A stretch of 63,908 nt of DNA, filler included, from Folioceros fuciformis (Eukaryota): assembly GCA_049999805.1 (NCBI GenBank). It is 7 parts of 5 records of this genome, joined end to end, with 100 filler letters (N's around TTAATTAATTAA, not from the genome) between each part and the next. Parts side by side here need not be neighbours in the genome. Positions count along the whole stretch, not along the records: positions 45,838 to 53,754 come from JBNGIO010005935.1; positions 53,855 to 60,775 come from JBNGIO010005942.1; 5 more parts are not named here. One strand, given 5' to 3'. Both the position numbers and the translations under genes were made by a program. The notes beneath the pieces are model-generated. The model saw only the letters and a list, made by a program, of their open reading frames with translations, made no database searches and was not told the origin of the DNA. The first letter of the stretch is position 1, and every line of letters begins with the position of its first letter. Below, in pieces: positions 46,509-58,713 of the stretch.

Positions 46509-48458
46509 GAAGTTGGGGTCCTCTGAAGTTTGAGGCAGCAGAGTGCAATTCTCATCCCAGACAGTGATGGTGTAAAGGTCTTTCGTAGGCCTATCATCAA
46601 TATGGTGTATGACCTCTCCTTTCTTGCCCAACATACTGAACACCATCAGTTTGCGGTCCACGCTCCCATCACCGCACACTTCCTTTGCCCAAAATTTTGA
46701 TGGGCCTTGCGTAAACAACTCGGTAGTAATCTCCTCATTTGGGTCAGGTATGATATATGATGTGCACCTGACATCCACATCGATCGCAACTGCATGCCTT
46801 CCATGCTGAACTACACTTTGGAGGAGAGATCCAGAGCTTGCGCATGCATCAACCACCCAGTCCCCCTCACACGAAAACATGTTAATCGGCATACGCATCA
46901 ACCCTAATGGTTTTTGGTAAGGGGAGACGGCATGCGCATCTCCTAAATGAAACAGGTGCTTCTTCACCACCGCTCCGTGCCTTATAACCCTTGGGAGCAA
47001 AAATCCATGATTCGTAAACAGTGCAGCCTTCGATTCTTGAGCCTTTGTGTGAACTGCACTCCCAACAGTGACATACTCAATTGTTTCCACTGCTCCTGCG
47101 TTTGGGGGTATGTTCGTCTTCTCCCATACCAGTGTTTGGATGCTCCCCTTCTTGCACCATGGCTGCAGTGCCTCCTTGCTTCCAAAATCATGTCTACTCC
47201 GTGCATTAGAATAACCCTAAAAATATTGCTTGAGGTGCATTCACTGAACTCGGAGCATTTCATCCAAATCTGCCACCTTCATCTGCCTGTCATACTCATG
47301 CCGTTGTAAGCCTCGAGGCAGGTCTGCAAATAGCAACGTGTAGGGTCGTTTGACAAGGAATGCCTTCATTTCTAGTACATTCCTTTGAATAACCTGGTAT
47401 TTTACCTTTGAGTTACTCGCCGGAACCCAAAAATCCGACAGCCCTGCATTCATATCCACTGCCGCCAACTTCTTTTTCTCCTCTTCCATCCTTTTCCAGT
47501 TTTTCGCCGAATAAACAAAATCCTGGAATGGCTTTGGGAGGGACTCCAAGTCCGCTATCTCTGAGGGTTTCTGCAACCAGAATGGTAAACTTTGGTCTGG
47601 CTACCGATAAAGCTACTTTAGCATGAACATACATGAGTGCGCCGGTAGACCAGCGCACTTGAGACCGCTGGAGCTCTAGGGCGCCGGTAGACTGGCGCAT
47701 TAGACTCCAATGGAAGCTCCAGTGCGCCGTTAGACCGGAGCACTGAACTCAATGCAGGCCCCAGTGCGCCGGTAGACCGGCGCATCTACCGGCGCACTCT
47801 TGCCTCCAAGCTGCTCCAGTGCGCCGGTCTACCAGCGCACTGGGGCCGGCTCGGGGCCAAGTGCTGGCCTCCTGCTGCTGTCTTCGGTAACATGGGTAAC
47901 AGAACTTTGCAGGGCAGAATCTCTTGTCTTCCTTTTCGCCTTTGCCCTCTTTGGTGTCCCGGCTGTTACCATGCTCTTCTGCTCTAGGAGCTCACCTTGT
48001 TCCCACATTCTAAAGATCCTATCCACATTGTCCCACAGAACACCTGTGCATCTGGCTACCCGATATGGCAAGGTCTGCCTGTCCACCATCTTCTGCACCT
48101 AGTCTGTGTCGTGGGGATCTCCACCTTCGTCAGTCAGCCCTAGCAACCTGTACAGGTTGAACTTCCACTTGACTGGTGGCTTCTCTTTTCCTGAATGTTT
48201 CCTGAAGAAAATGTCAAGCTCGTCATGGATGTATCTGACCTGCTCAATAAACCCCATCCACTTCCGCTGGTCTGCATAGACATTGTGTTTGACAGCGAGA
48301 ACCCTCATCTCTCCCTCTGTCAACCCAACATACACATGCCCTTCCATCCATTCATACTTATCTTCTACGAGGAACATCTGATGTAGTTTCTGCATGGCTG
48401 CAAAGCAGTGGTTGCCCCCTAAGACTCCCATGTGGTACTGCTGTGCCGTGATCCTGTA
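46509..48458 (-). pseudogene. ParB-like domain + beta-class N4-cytosine/N6-adenine DNA methyltransferase, degraded
   Basis: VLGGNH (ParB/Srx-like), then LLFADLPRG (motif IV, DPPY-like), IQTLVWEK, IEY, PYQKPLGL and SCEGDWVVDACASSGS..GRHAVAID (motif X-I, AdoMet binding), in beta-class order. One stop, about 2 frameshifts and a probable intron at about 47830-47571. Both ends are cut by LTRs. Confidence 0.8.
47636..47842. repeat. Array of 5-6 palindromic AGTGCGCCGGT-AG-ACCGGCGCACT units at about 42-bp spacing
   Basis: Units near 47637, 47681, 47721, 47763 and 47818; each can form a hairpin. Confidence 0.85.
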
Positions 48459-51400
48459 GTTGGAAGACTACATGCGGAAGCGTGTCTTCAAGCAAAGAAT
48501 ATGATTAAGATTTAATATAAAAGTACAATAGTTGTGCTTTTATAGGCATCACCCTAAAGGGTGTGATCTTTCACTAGCCTAGCTAATTAACCTTACACAT
48601 AGTGTGCTGAGCTAACATGACTTAGGGTTACATAACTCTAGTGAACTGCTACCCCTTCTAACTCTCCCTCTCAGTCACGTTGAGGTTATGAGAGCTGTAT
48701 CAGAGATTAGTGCTTGGAAAGTTTGTAACAAAAAGCTATCTACTCCAGCTCGACTGTCAAGTCTTCCAATCGCTAAGACTGTCAAGAAGTCTGTTGCTCG
48801 CGACAACCTCTACAGTAGCACACCAGTCATGACCAGAACAGAAGTAATATTCCAGTTACAGTTGTCCTTGCACTTGATGGAGCTAGAAAGAATATCTTTA
48901 CCACGTCTTCAAATTTTCTTGAGTGACATAACCACTACAGTCTACAAGACCAAGTCCTTCCCTATGAAAACAGTGTTTAAACTTAGGAAGTGACTTAGTC
49001 AGAACATCAGCTACATTAAGATCTGTAGGCACATACTATATCTTTACTAAGCCCCTCTCAGCAGCATCCCGAACATAATGATATTGGATCTCGATGTGCT
49101 TAGTGCGGGCATGGAACACAGAATTAGCCACCATAGCAATGGCTGACATATTATCACAGTTGAGGATGGTGGGACCCTTTTGGAGTATTCCCAAATCCTC
49201 GCATAACTTCCTTTCCCACTCAGCCTCCTTTGTTGCTTCTGTCAAAGCTTTGTACTCTGACTCAGTAGAAGATAGAGAAATAGAGGATTGTTTCCTGCAG
49301 GACCAATTTATCACTGTGGAACCAGCAAGAAAACAATATGCTGAGAGACTTTTGCGAGTATCAGCATCAGAAGCCCAATCAGCTTCTACGTAACAATTGA
49401 GCTGTAGATGCTTCTTCCCGCTAGGTTTGTAGCAGAGACCAAAATTAGGAGTACCCTTAAGGTATTGCATTATTCTTTTAACTGCAACCCAGTGGTCTCT
49501 TCCTGGATTCTCAGAGAATTGTGCAACTGCATTCACAGTGTTAGATATATCTGGTCTGGTCCAGTTGCTTAGGAACATGAGAGTGCCTACTGCCATTCGA
49601 TATGGCACACTCTCCATCTCCTTCTTATCCTCTTCAGACTGCGGACAGGATGAGGAGGAAAGCTTAATACCAACGGCACCTGGAGTAGCAGCGGCTCGTG
49701 CATTTTCCAAGCTAAACTTCTTCAACATTCCTGCTACGTATCTTCCCTGATGAAGATAGATAGCTCCTGTAGACCTATCTTTATGAACATGCATTCCTAG
49801 AATATACTTTACTTGACCAAGGTCTTTCATCTCAAACTCTTTACTGAGATCTACCTTGATCTGATTAACCAGCTCGACATTGTTTCCAGGAATGACCAAG
49901 TCATCCACATATAATGCTATTAAAACAAGTGAACTGTCTTTTCGCAGTATATAGAGATTGGTATTTGCTTCACTTTGCACAAAACCAATCTGCTTGAGGT
50001 ATGTATCAATTCGCTTGTACCACATGCGTGGGCTTTGTTTAAGCCCATATATGGAACGTAGAAGTTTACACACCTTATGAGGATATTTCTTGTCCTCATA
50101 GTCCTCAGGCTGATCCATATAAATTTCTTCTTCTAAATGACCATACAGAAAGGCTGTGCAAATATCTAGTTAATAGATGGTAAGGTTAAGTTCAGAGCAC
50201 ATGGCCAGAAGCATCCTTATAGACGCTGCTTTGACAACAGGTGAGTAAACCTGGTCACCCTGATAGTCTACTCCCTCTCGCTGACTATAACCCTTGGCCA
50301 CTAACCGGGCTTTGTATCTTATCCGGGGCTCTACCTCTTGAAACTTGGTTTTTAGTACCCACTTACACTTGACTGTAGTCCTGCCTGCAGGAAGATCTAC
50401 TAATTGCCAAGTGTTATTTTTGACTAGAGAGTTGTACTCATCGTCAATAGCTAATTTCCACTTATCAGCATCCGGTCTAGAGTATGCTTCTCGGAGTGTG
50501 AGAGGATCTCCCTCTGAATGAGCAGAGCTTACAGCAAGAGAATACACAATGGGATAAACACCAATATACCCAGCTTGATTAAATTCTAGATCAAAGGGTT
50601 TTTCACCCCACAAATGTCTTGGCTGTCTTTGACNNNNNNNNNNNNNNNNNNNNNNNNNNNNNNNNNNNNNNNNNNNNNNNNNNNNNNNNNNNNNNNNNNN
50701 NNNNNNNNNNNNNNNNNNNNNNNNNNNNNNNNNGAAGAAGTGAAGTCAAAGGAAACATGGAGATCGTTCAAAGGACGAGGACTACTGGTGAGAGAACTGT
50801 CATCCTCGTCACTGTCCAAAACAGGGCCATGAGACAGCACAGAGCCTTCATCAAAGGTCACCGTACGAGCATAGACCGGATTATGAGAGTGAACATCAAC
50901 TAACTTATAAGCCTTGCGGTCCTCCCCATAGCCGACAAAAACAAGTTTCCGTGCTCGAGATGAAAGTTTGTCGCGTAATGGGGATGGGACATAGGCATAA
51001 GCTGGAGAGCCAAAAACCCGAAGGTGAGATATAAGAGGCTTGTAGCGAAACCAGCATTCAAAAGGAGTACGACCAGCAACGGCCTTCGTAAGCAGCCGAT
51101 TCTTAATATAAGAAGCTGTGGAAATAGCCTCAGCCCAAAAAGACTTCGGCAGACCAGACTGTGCGAGCATGGCTCTAGCCATGGTCATAAGATCACCATT
51201 GGCCTTCTCCGCAACGCCATTCTGAGGAGAAGTGTAGGGTACAGTAAACTATCGAGTAATCCCACGTTCTTCACAGAATGCTTGGAAGAGCCAATTGTTG
51301 AGTTCCCCAGCATTGTCTGAACGAATGCACCGCAGCTTGCACCCTGCGTGCAACTCGGCCATCGAGACAAAGGGCTGGAACACAGCAAAGGAGTTACTCT

Positions 51401-53754
51401 TGAGACGGAGCGGATGTCAATAGGATCGACTCCAGTCTACGTGCAAGTGTAGGAGAGGAGAGGAGAGAAGAGAGGGTGGTATTGGTGATCACAACCATGA
51501 AAACAATACACATCACCACTGTCTTACTATGGAGGTCCGAGGTCTCCATTTAAGTAGTACATTTAGGGCTACACAACTTCCAGGTTCAATATGGGATAAT
51601 CTACACTATCCTAAGTTCACTAATAACTAGAACTAGTCTAGTATGAACCCAACTGGGATAACTAACACCACATGAGTTTAGCTCATATAGAGCTCGATAA
51701 CTCAACAGCGGATACACAAAAGTATAACGAGAATAATCATCAACAATTGTCATAAAATGGCGAGCTCCGCCTAAAGAAGTAACAGGAAGAGGTCCACACA
51801 GATCCACGTGAACTAGTTCCAAGGGCTGAGAAGCCCTGTGAGCAGGAAGACTAGAGTAAGGTGCACTCCGCTACTTGGCCAACACACAGGCTTCACAAAA
51901 TGAGGGAGGCTTGGCTGAGGCCGGAAGCTTGTCACGGTAAAGATCCTGCATGGACATGGCAAGGAGCTTGGCAGAGTTAAGATGCCCAAGCCTGCAATGC
52001 CATAAGAAGGCTTGCCCGGAGGACGATTCCCTCGTAGAAGACGCATCCTTGGTTGAATCCACCATAGAAGCACTGGGGGAATACACAAGGGTACCAGAAA
52101 ATATGTAGAGATTGCTCTGTAGACAGCCTTTAGCAACCACCTGTTGTGGCTTAGAGGAGCGATAGAGTAGACAAGTCGCTTTGTCAAACTCTAGTTTGTA
52201 AAGACCATCGTGCAAAAGATGACGAATGGAGATAAGGTTCTTAGCCATTTGTGGAACATGTAGTACATTCTTTAGCATAAGGATAGAGTTATTTTCTAAC
52301 TTGAAAGTCACAGTCCCTATGCCATGGATGGCAAGACCGGAATCATCTCCTAGGAGCACGTACCGTGGAGGATCAGTAGACACCTCATAGGTAGTAAACA
52401 TATGCTTGGAACTGCAAATGTGAGTAGTAGCCGCAGAGTCAAGGAGCCACGATGTCTTGAGTGCCGAGGCAACAAGGCACATAGTAAGAGCAATCTCCGA
52501 TTTAGACTGATGCTTGGCCTTAGGAGCTACTACCGTATTGGCAGACTTGGGCTCCCTCTTAGCCTCACCAGCTTGCTTCTTCCTGCACTCCCTCTCCCAA
52601 TGACCCGGAATTTGGCACCAATTACAAGTACCTTGGCGCTTCTAGGTCTTGGAGGTAGAGGCAAAAGAAGTGGATTTGGGATAACTACTAGAAGGCATCC
52701 TTCTATTAGTATTGTCTCTTTTCTTAGGCTGTTGTTGAGACCGCCCTCGGGTGACAAACATCACGCGTTCACCACCATGCTTAGATGTGCCAGAATTGTA
52801 GCGAGAAGCCTCCTCTTGCAAGAGCGCTCCAGCAATCTCAGACTCGTAAGAGTGGATTGACCACCAGTCGTCACTGCTCGCTGAGAGTTACGGACCGACT
52901 GATTGTTTGAAGAGACAAAGGATTGATAGCTAGCCGGAAGACTAGCCAACAATTGTACAGCAGCATCAAACTCAGACATAGTAGTGCCTAGTGCAGCCAA
53001 TTGTGCCCGGAGGTAACAAAATCGACTCACATGGTGAGCAATACTATCGCCTGGTTGCATACGGAGAGTATAAAGGGTCGCACAATGACGAGGGTCATCA
53101 CATTGGTGGACTAATAAATGTCATTTATTTGATTCCAAGCTTCTGCTTCTGTAATTGCACCATCAGTATGGTGTAACGTAGTCTCGTCAAGGCCAGATAT
53201 TAACATATGCATGGCTTGACGATCAAGTTTTAACCAAGCTTTGGCAGCCGACTAGGGTGCCAAAGGCTTGGGTGAAGATCCTTCCACTAGTGGAAGAAGA
53301 TCACACGTATTCAACGCCGCCTTCATCCGACGAGACCAAACTTCATACCTGGTCCCATTGAACCTATCTTTTTCTTTGAAGTCGGTGGAAACGTTCATAA
53401 CATTGATCACCGGTGCCATAGATGGAGGGATTGGGGTCATTGGATTACTTGTCCCTGACATTCTTGTGGTTTAATCTTCAACAGAGAGTTAGGCAAGTAT
53501 TGCGTTATAACACAAGGCTTAGAATGACACCAAACTAGAAGATAGTGTCAAGGAAAGTATTGTTTAGAAATGTCACTTCAACCACCTATGGATCACTATC
53601 CGGTAACTACAGCAAGTGAGAGCTCTCTGGAGTTGTTTCCCGATCGAGGCTTGATTCAAGTTTGCGTACAATTTCCACGTCATGCACCAAATTGGAGATG
53701 GACTCCCAAAGCTTAAGATAGTGTTGAGAGCGCTGGTCCAGGGTGGAAGTTTGA
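48459..53754 (-). mobile_element. Degenerate copia element G
   Basis: 3' LTR at about 48459-48662 with PPT; RT/RH 49036-50613 (YVDD); INT; protease (DSAAT); gag from 53461. The 5' end is lost at a linker, and there is an internal 100-N gap at 50634-50733. Confidence 0.88.
51415..51707 (-). mobile_element. Solo LTR of family F
   Basis: TG...CA, 293 bp, perfect TSD GCGGA; interrupts the integrase of element G. Confidence 0.95.
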
Positions 53755-53854
53755 NNNNNNNNNNNNNNNNNNNNNNNNNNNNNNNNNNNNNNNNNNNNTT
53801 AATTAATTAANNNNNNNNNNNNNNNNNNNNNNNNNNNNNNNNNNNNNNNNNNNN

Positions 53855-56800
53855 CCAAGAAACAGCGGCGTTGCTTATGATCATGCAATATGCTGCTGTA
53901 GACTTGCGAGCATCGGGGTCACCTGCCTAGTCTGCATCTGAAAATGAGGTTAGTACGCACTTCTGAGCTTTAGGGTCTCCCTGATACTTGATGCTGAGTG
54001 ACTTTGTCCCTTTGAGGTAACGTAAGATCCTCTTTACGCAGGTCCAGTGTGCTGTGCCAGGGTTCGACAGGTATCTGGACGCAACGTTGACAGCTTGTGC
54101 TATGTCGGGCCGAGTCCATATGGCCAAGTAGAGCAGACTACCCACTGCCTCGCTATAGGGTATGTTTTCCATCTCTTTAGCCTGCTCAATAGTTGTTGGG
54201 CTGTCGAGAGCTGACACTTTCTCGCCTGCTGCAGTGGGAGTAGGTACAGGTTTTGCATCCATCAAGTTGAATCTTGCGAGAAGCTGATCTACGTAGTGCT
54301 TCTGATGGATGAAGAAGGAGTGCTCGATTGGGTTTCTGTCGAATTGCGCTCCGAGTGCATACCGTAGTATCCCCATGTCGGGTACCTCATATTCTTTTGT
54401 GAGCAAGTCCTTCGCGTGTTGGATTATCTGCGGGTCGGTCCCGAAGATAAAATTGTCGTCCACATATAAGGTGACGATCACGTACTTATTGCTGTTGATT
54501 CTTAACATGTACACACTTGTGTCGGCTGTGAAGGGTGTAAACCCACACTTCTTGAGGTAAGAATCCACCGTTTCGTTCCAGACTTGTGCTGATTGTTTAA
54601 GGTCGTAGATTGACTTAAGTAGCTTGCAAACCTTTCGCTGATCCTGCACAAATCCAGGTGGCTGAAGCATATATATGTCTTCATGCAGTGTCCCATACAG
54701 GAAAGCCGTTTTGATATCGAGCTTATGTTGTGCGGCAAATGCCAAGAGAACTCTGATGGATGTTGCCTTTACCACTGGGCTAAACAGCTTAGTTTCCTTA
54801 TAGTCGAAACCTGGGATTTGGGTAAATCCCCAGGCTACGAGCCTGGCCTTATACCGTGACACGCTTCCATCTGGGTTGAGCTTTCTCCGGAAAGTCCACT
54901 TACAAGAAATTGGCTTTCTGCCCTGTGGTAAGTCAGTAAGGATCCAGGTTTTATTTGAAAGAAGTGAGTCGTATTCAGATTGTACCGCTGCTTTCCATTC
55001 GGGTATGTTGAGAGCTTCCTCAATTGTTGTAGGTACTCCTTGCATTTCAATAGCTGATAAGGCTTGATGCATGGCGAGGTGTGCCTGATCGACTGGTGTC
55101 GGTGCATCTGAAGGTAGGGATGCATTGGGAGAGGAGATCCTACTGACCAATGTGTCTCCCGGAGTATAGGGTGGATCCGACCACTCGGTCCTGGGAGGTC
55201 TATGCCTGGAAGAGCGTCTTAAAGTCTGTACATATGGTAAGTGAGGAGGTTCAGAACCTATAGGTTGATTAGAATTTACCTCTCGTACTGCTAATGGAGG
55301 TAATGTGAGGGCCTCTTGATCTTGGAAGGAGGATGACTGATCGGAGGAGTAAGTATCGTCATCGTGTGTGCCCCCCTCAAGATCAAGAGGGGGATAACCA
55401 TGAAGACCAGGTTTGGGAAGTGGAGTTGATGTAGACGTGCTATGGAGGTAGGTTTGGAGCAAGAGAGGTTCATTGAAGTGAACACTGCAGGAGAGGGTTA
55501 CCTCATGAGTTGAGGGATCGAAGAGTTTGTAAGCTTTGACTTGATTGGAGTTGCCTATGAACAGGAGCTTCCTTCCCTTGTCGTCCCATTTTTTTCTGGT
55601 GCTTGAGGCTATATGAGCAAAGGATGGACTACCAAAAATACGGAGGTGAGAGATGCGAGGCTTGCGACCTGCCCAGCGCTCAAAGGGAGTAGTATTAGGC
55701 AGATCCTTGGTGGCCAGACGGTTTTTAAGGTAGATAGCTGTGGAGACTGCTTCGGCCCAATAGCCACGAGAGAGGCCTGAAAGCTTAAGGAGAGAGCGGG
55801 AGATTTCGAGGATGGACCTGTTAAGTCTTTCGGCAAATGGGTTCTGCTGAGGTGTGTAAGGAACAGTGTACTGACGTTGAATGCCGTGGGTTTGGCAGAA
55901 CTGGTGAAATTCATGGCTAATGTATTCCCCGCCGTTATCTGAGCGGAGGACTGTGACCTGGAATCCAGTGTGGCGTTCAGCCAAGGAGACAAACTCTTGA
56001 AAGCGGGCAAGGGCTTCGCTCTTGTGTTTAAGGAAAAAGATAAGACAGTAACGACTCCACTCATCGAGGAAGGTAATGAAGTATTGATGCCCCCCGAAAG
56101 ACGTAGTGCTCATGGGACCGGAAATGTCTGAGTGTACAACTTCTAGGAGCTTGCGGGCACGAGTTGGAGTAATATTGGTAAAGGGGTTCTGGTTTAGTTT
56201 CGTATACTGACAGATCTCACAAAAGAAGTCTGAAGGTACCTTAAGCTTGATAGGGTCTTTATACATGTCTGGATTGGCTAATTGACTCAAGTATCGGGGG
56301 TTCATATGACCTGCCCTGCAGTGCCAGAGCAGTGACTCCTTGTATGAGTTGGAGAGGGTGCCATCAACAAGAAAAGATGATGAAGATTGGATATTCAGGA
56401 GGTAAAGATCGTTATATGGCAGACCATGGGCAAGGGCAGTGCTACCTGGTTAGCTTGGAAAATGATTACCAGACTGTGTTCAGTGGCTAGCTCCCTGACG
56501 GAGAGTAAATTTTTGGTCATTGTAGGGACGTGGAGCACCCCGTTGATGGTGAGTGTTTCGCCATTAGATAGTCGAAGTTGTACTTCGCCGGTGTCGATGA
56601 TGGAAAGAGGGCTGTCATCTCCCAGCAGCACGTGTTGGTCAGAGGGCACGCCGTGATACGTGCTAAACATGTCTCTACTGCTACAAATGTGAGTTGTAGC
56701 GCCGGAGTCGAGAAACCATCTGGTCTTGTCGGTCCTCGTGAGGGTGAGGCAAACGGCAAGCATGGAACTTGTCGGGGTGGTCCTTGAAGTAGTGAGGTGA

Positions 56801-58424
56801 GACTCATTCCAGGGTGTGTCCCTCCTTGGCTCTCCGCTCTGCTTTTTCCTGCACTCGTGCTCAAAGTGGCCTGGTATTTTACACAAGTTGCAGATGCCCT
56901 TTTGAAATGATCTGTTAACTGGGCGACTGCTGGGAGCAAAATTGCCTTGTGGTGCTTGCCTAGGTTGTCTGCGAGTCAAGAGATTGTTGCGGAAACCTCC
57001 TCTACGAGCTCCACGACCCCTCGATGTGAAAAGCACGTGGTTGGGTCCAGTTGCAGGCTTATGTATAGTTGATCGGCTAGCTTCTTCCTCCAGAAGGGCT
57101 CCGAGAACTTCTGCGAATGTGTACGCAGGTATTGATCCTGCTTGAGCTGCACTTTGTGCCTGGCGAAGGGCTGAACTTTGTGAGCTCACGAAGGTTCTGT
57201 ATGAAGCAGGAAGAGAGGTTAGTAGGGCGACCGCCGCCTGGTACTCGTTCAGTGGGCTTTCACTTGATGCAAGTCTTGCTCTTGCTGCTCTGAAGTTGTG
57301 TACATGTTGTTCAACTGTTTCGCTCTCCTTCATTCTCAGCTGATAAAATTGCCGTGTGGCATTTACGATAGACATGGAGCTTTGCGCTGCGAACATGTCT
57401 TTAAACACTCTCCAGATCTCGTGGGCAGTCTTCTGACCTTGAGTATGTTGGAGCATGTTTTTGTCGAGTGCTGAGAATAGGATGCTAATGGCTCGTTCAT
57501 CTTTCTTTGCCCAGGCTGCAATTTCGTTGGCGGTGGCGCCTCCTGCAGCTGTGGGTTGATGAATTGTGCCGTCCACGATCCCCATAAGGTCGTGCTCTTC
57601 CAATAATGCAGTGACTCGCATCTGCCAGGTGTCGTAGTCGCTCCCGGTGAACCTGTCTCGGTCCCTGAACTCAATCTTTGTTGTGTTGACAATTGATGTG
57701 CTGGTAGCTGGGTGTGTTGTCATTGCTCTTGTCTCCTGCCTCCTGGCGCCGCGATTCTGTAGGGGGTCAAAAGGGAGCATGCGCGGTGCGCTAATTATTG
57801 ACGCCGGGGTTGTGAACAAGTCACGCATCAAAGCGGTTATGATTTCCATCTGAGATTCGAGACGAAGTATCTGGATTCGGAGATGATCTTCAGAGAGAGA
57901 ATCGCTCGGGCGGTCCTAGTCATTAGCAGGTGAGCGTAGTGGAAGGAAGACTGTTCTGGTTCGGTCGGATTCACAGAATTCGGTACGCTTATTGCAGTTG
58001 CTGCAGGGCGCGTTGGGAAAGCGCGGTGGCCGCGCCTGCAATGCGCGAACGGGCTGCACCTTACTCCGAGGCATCTCGCAGATTCAAGGTCAGACGTCCG
58101 AGTTGCCGTGCTTGGCACCCTGAGTCATAAAAACCTGGTTGTCGCTGCGTGCGGGCGTAGGTCACACGGGGCGTCGAGGCTGATCTGCACACCAAAGAAC
58201 CATCTGGCTCTGATACCATAAAGCGGCAATGTATATGGTGCAACGATGCGCGTACTGACTGATTAAGTTCGGGGTCTTATATACACGTTACCGTATTTAG
58301 TTGAACCGTAAATAACTGTTTTATAGTTTGTAACTATGCGAACCGCTAATTCTCATAACTAGACGAACTGTGCCCTAATCCCGTCGAGTCTCCGTTCCGT
58401 CAACGTGTCGCTATTGTCACAACA
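53855..58424 (-). mobile_element. Copia element H (5' LTR about 58219-58424, PBS, gag-pol with few lesions)
   Basis: PBS GGCTCTGATACCA at 58206-58218; CNLCKIPGHFEHEC, DSGAT, HSDISGP, SDNGGEY and YVDD. Frameshift at about 56400 and a stop at 53927. Confidence 0.9.
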
Positions 58425-58713
58425 TTATCGAGATTAAATCATGAGTTATTGAGATTATGTCAAGTTAAAGGCTATCGAGATTATATCATAAAACATAGAC
58501 AGTCATCGAGATTGGGCCTATATATGCCTATATATGTAGTAGTTATGTACACTCTGCTTTGTGATCATAAGAATTGTTCCTAGTATATAAGTTGTTTCAT
58601 TGTACAAGTTGTCTTATGGTGTTGTAAGTTATGTTATGGTGTTGTAAGTTGGTGTCTTGCTGTGAGATATTTTGTATGTGTTCCTTACCCATTCTCTTTG
58701 ACATGTAGGAACA

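Noticed and set aside
47636-47842. Palindromic repeats as a CRISPR array
   Set aside because: The spacers are short and similar to each other, the context is eukaryotic, and there are no cas genes.
46509-48458. Bacterial contamination as the source of the MTase
   Set aside because: It is contiguous with plant LTRs on both sides without gaps, has a probable spliceosomal intron, and shows the same decay as neighbouring TEs.
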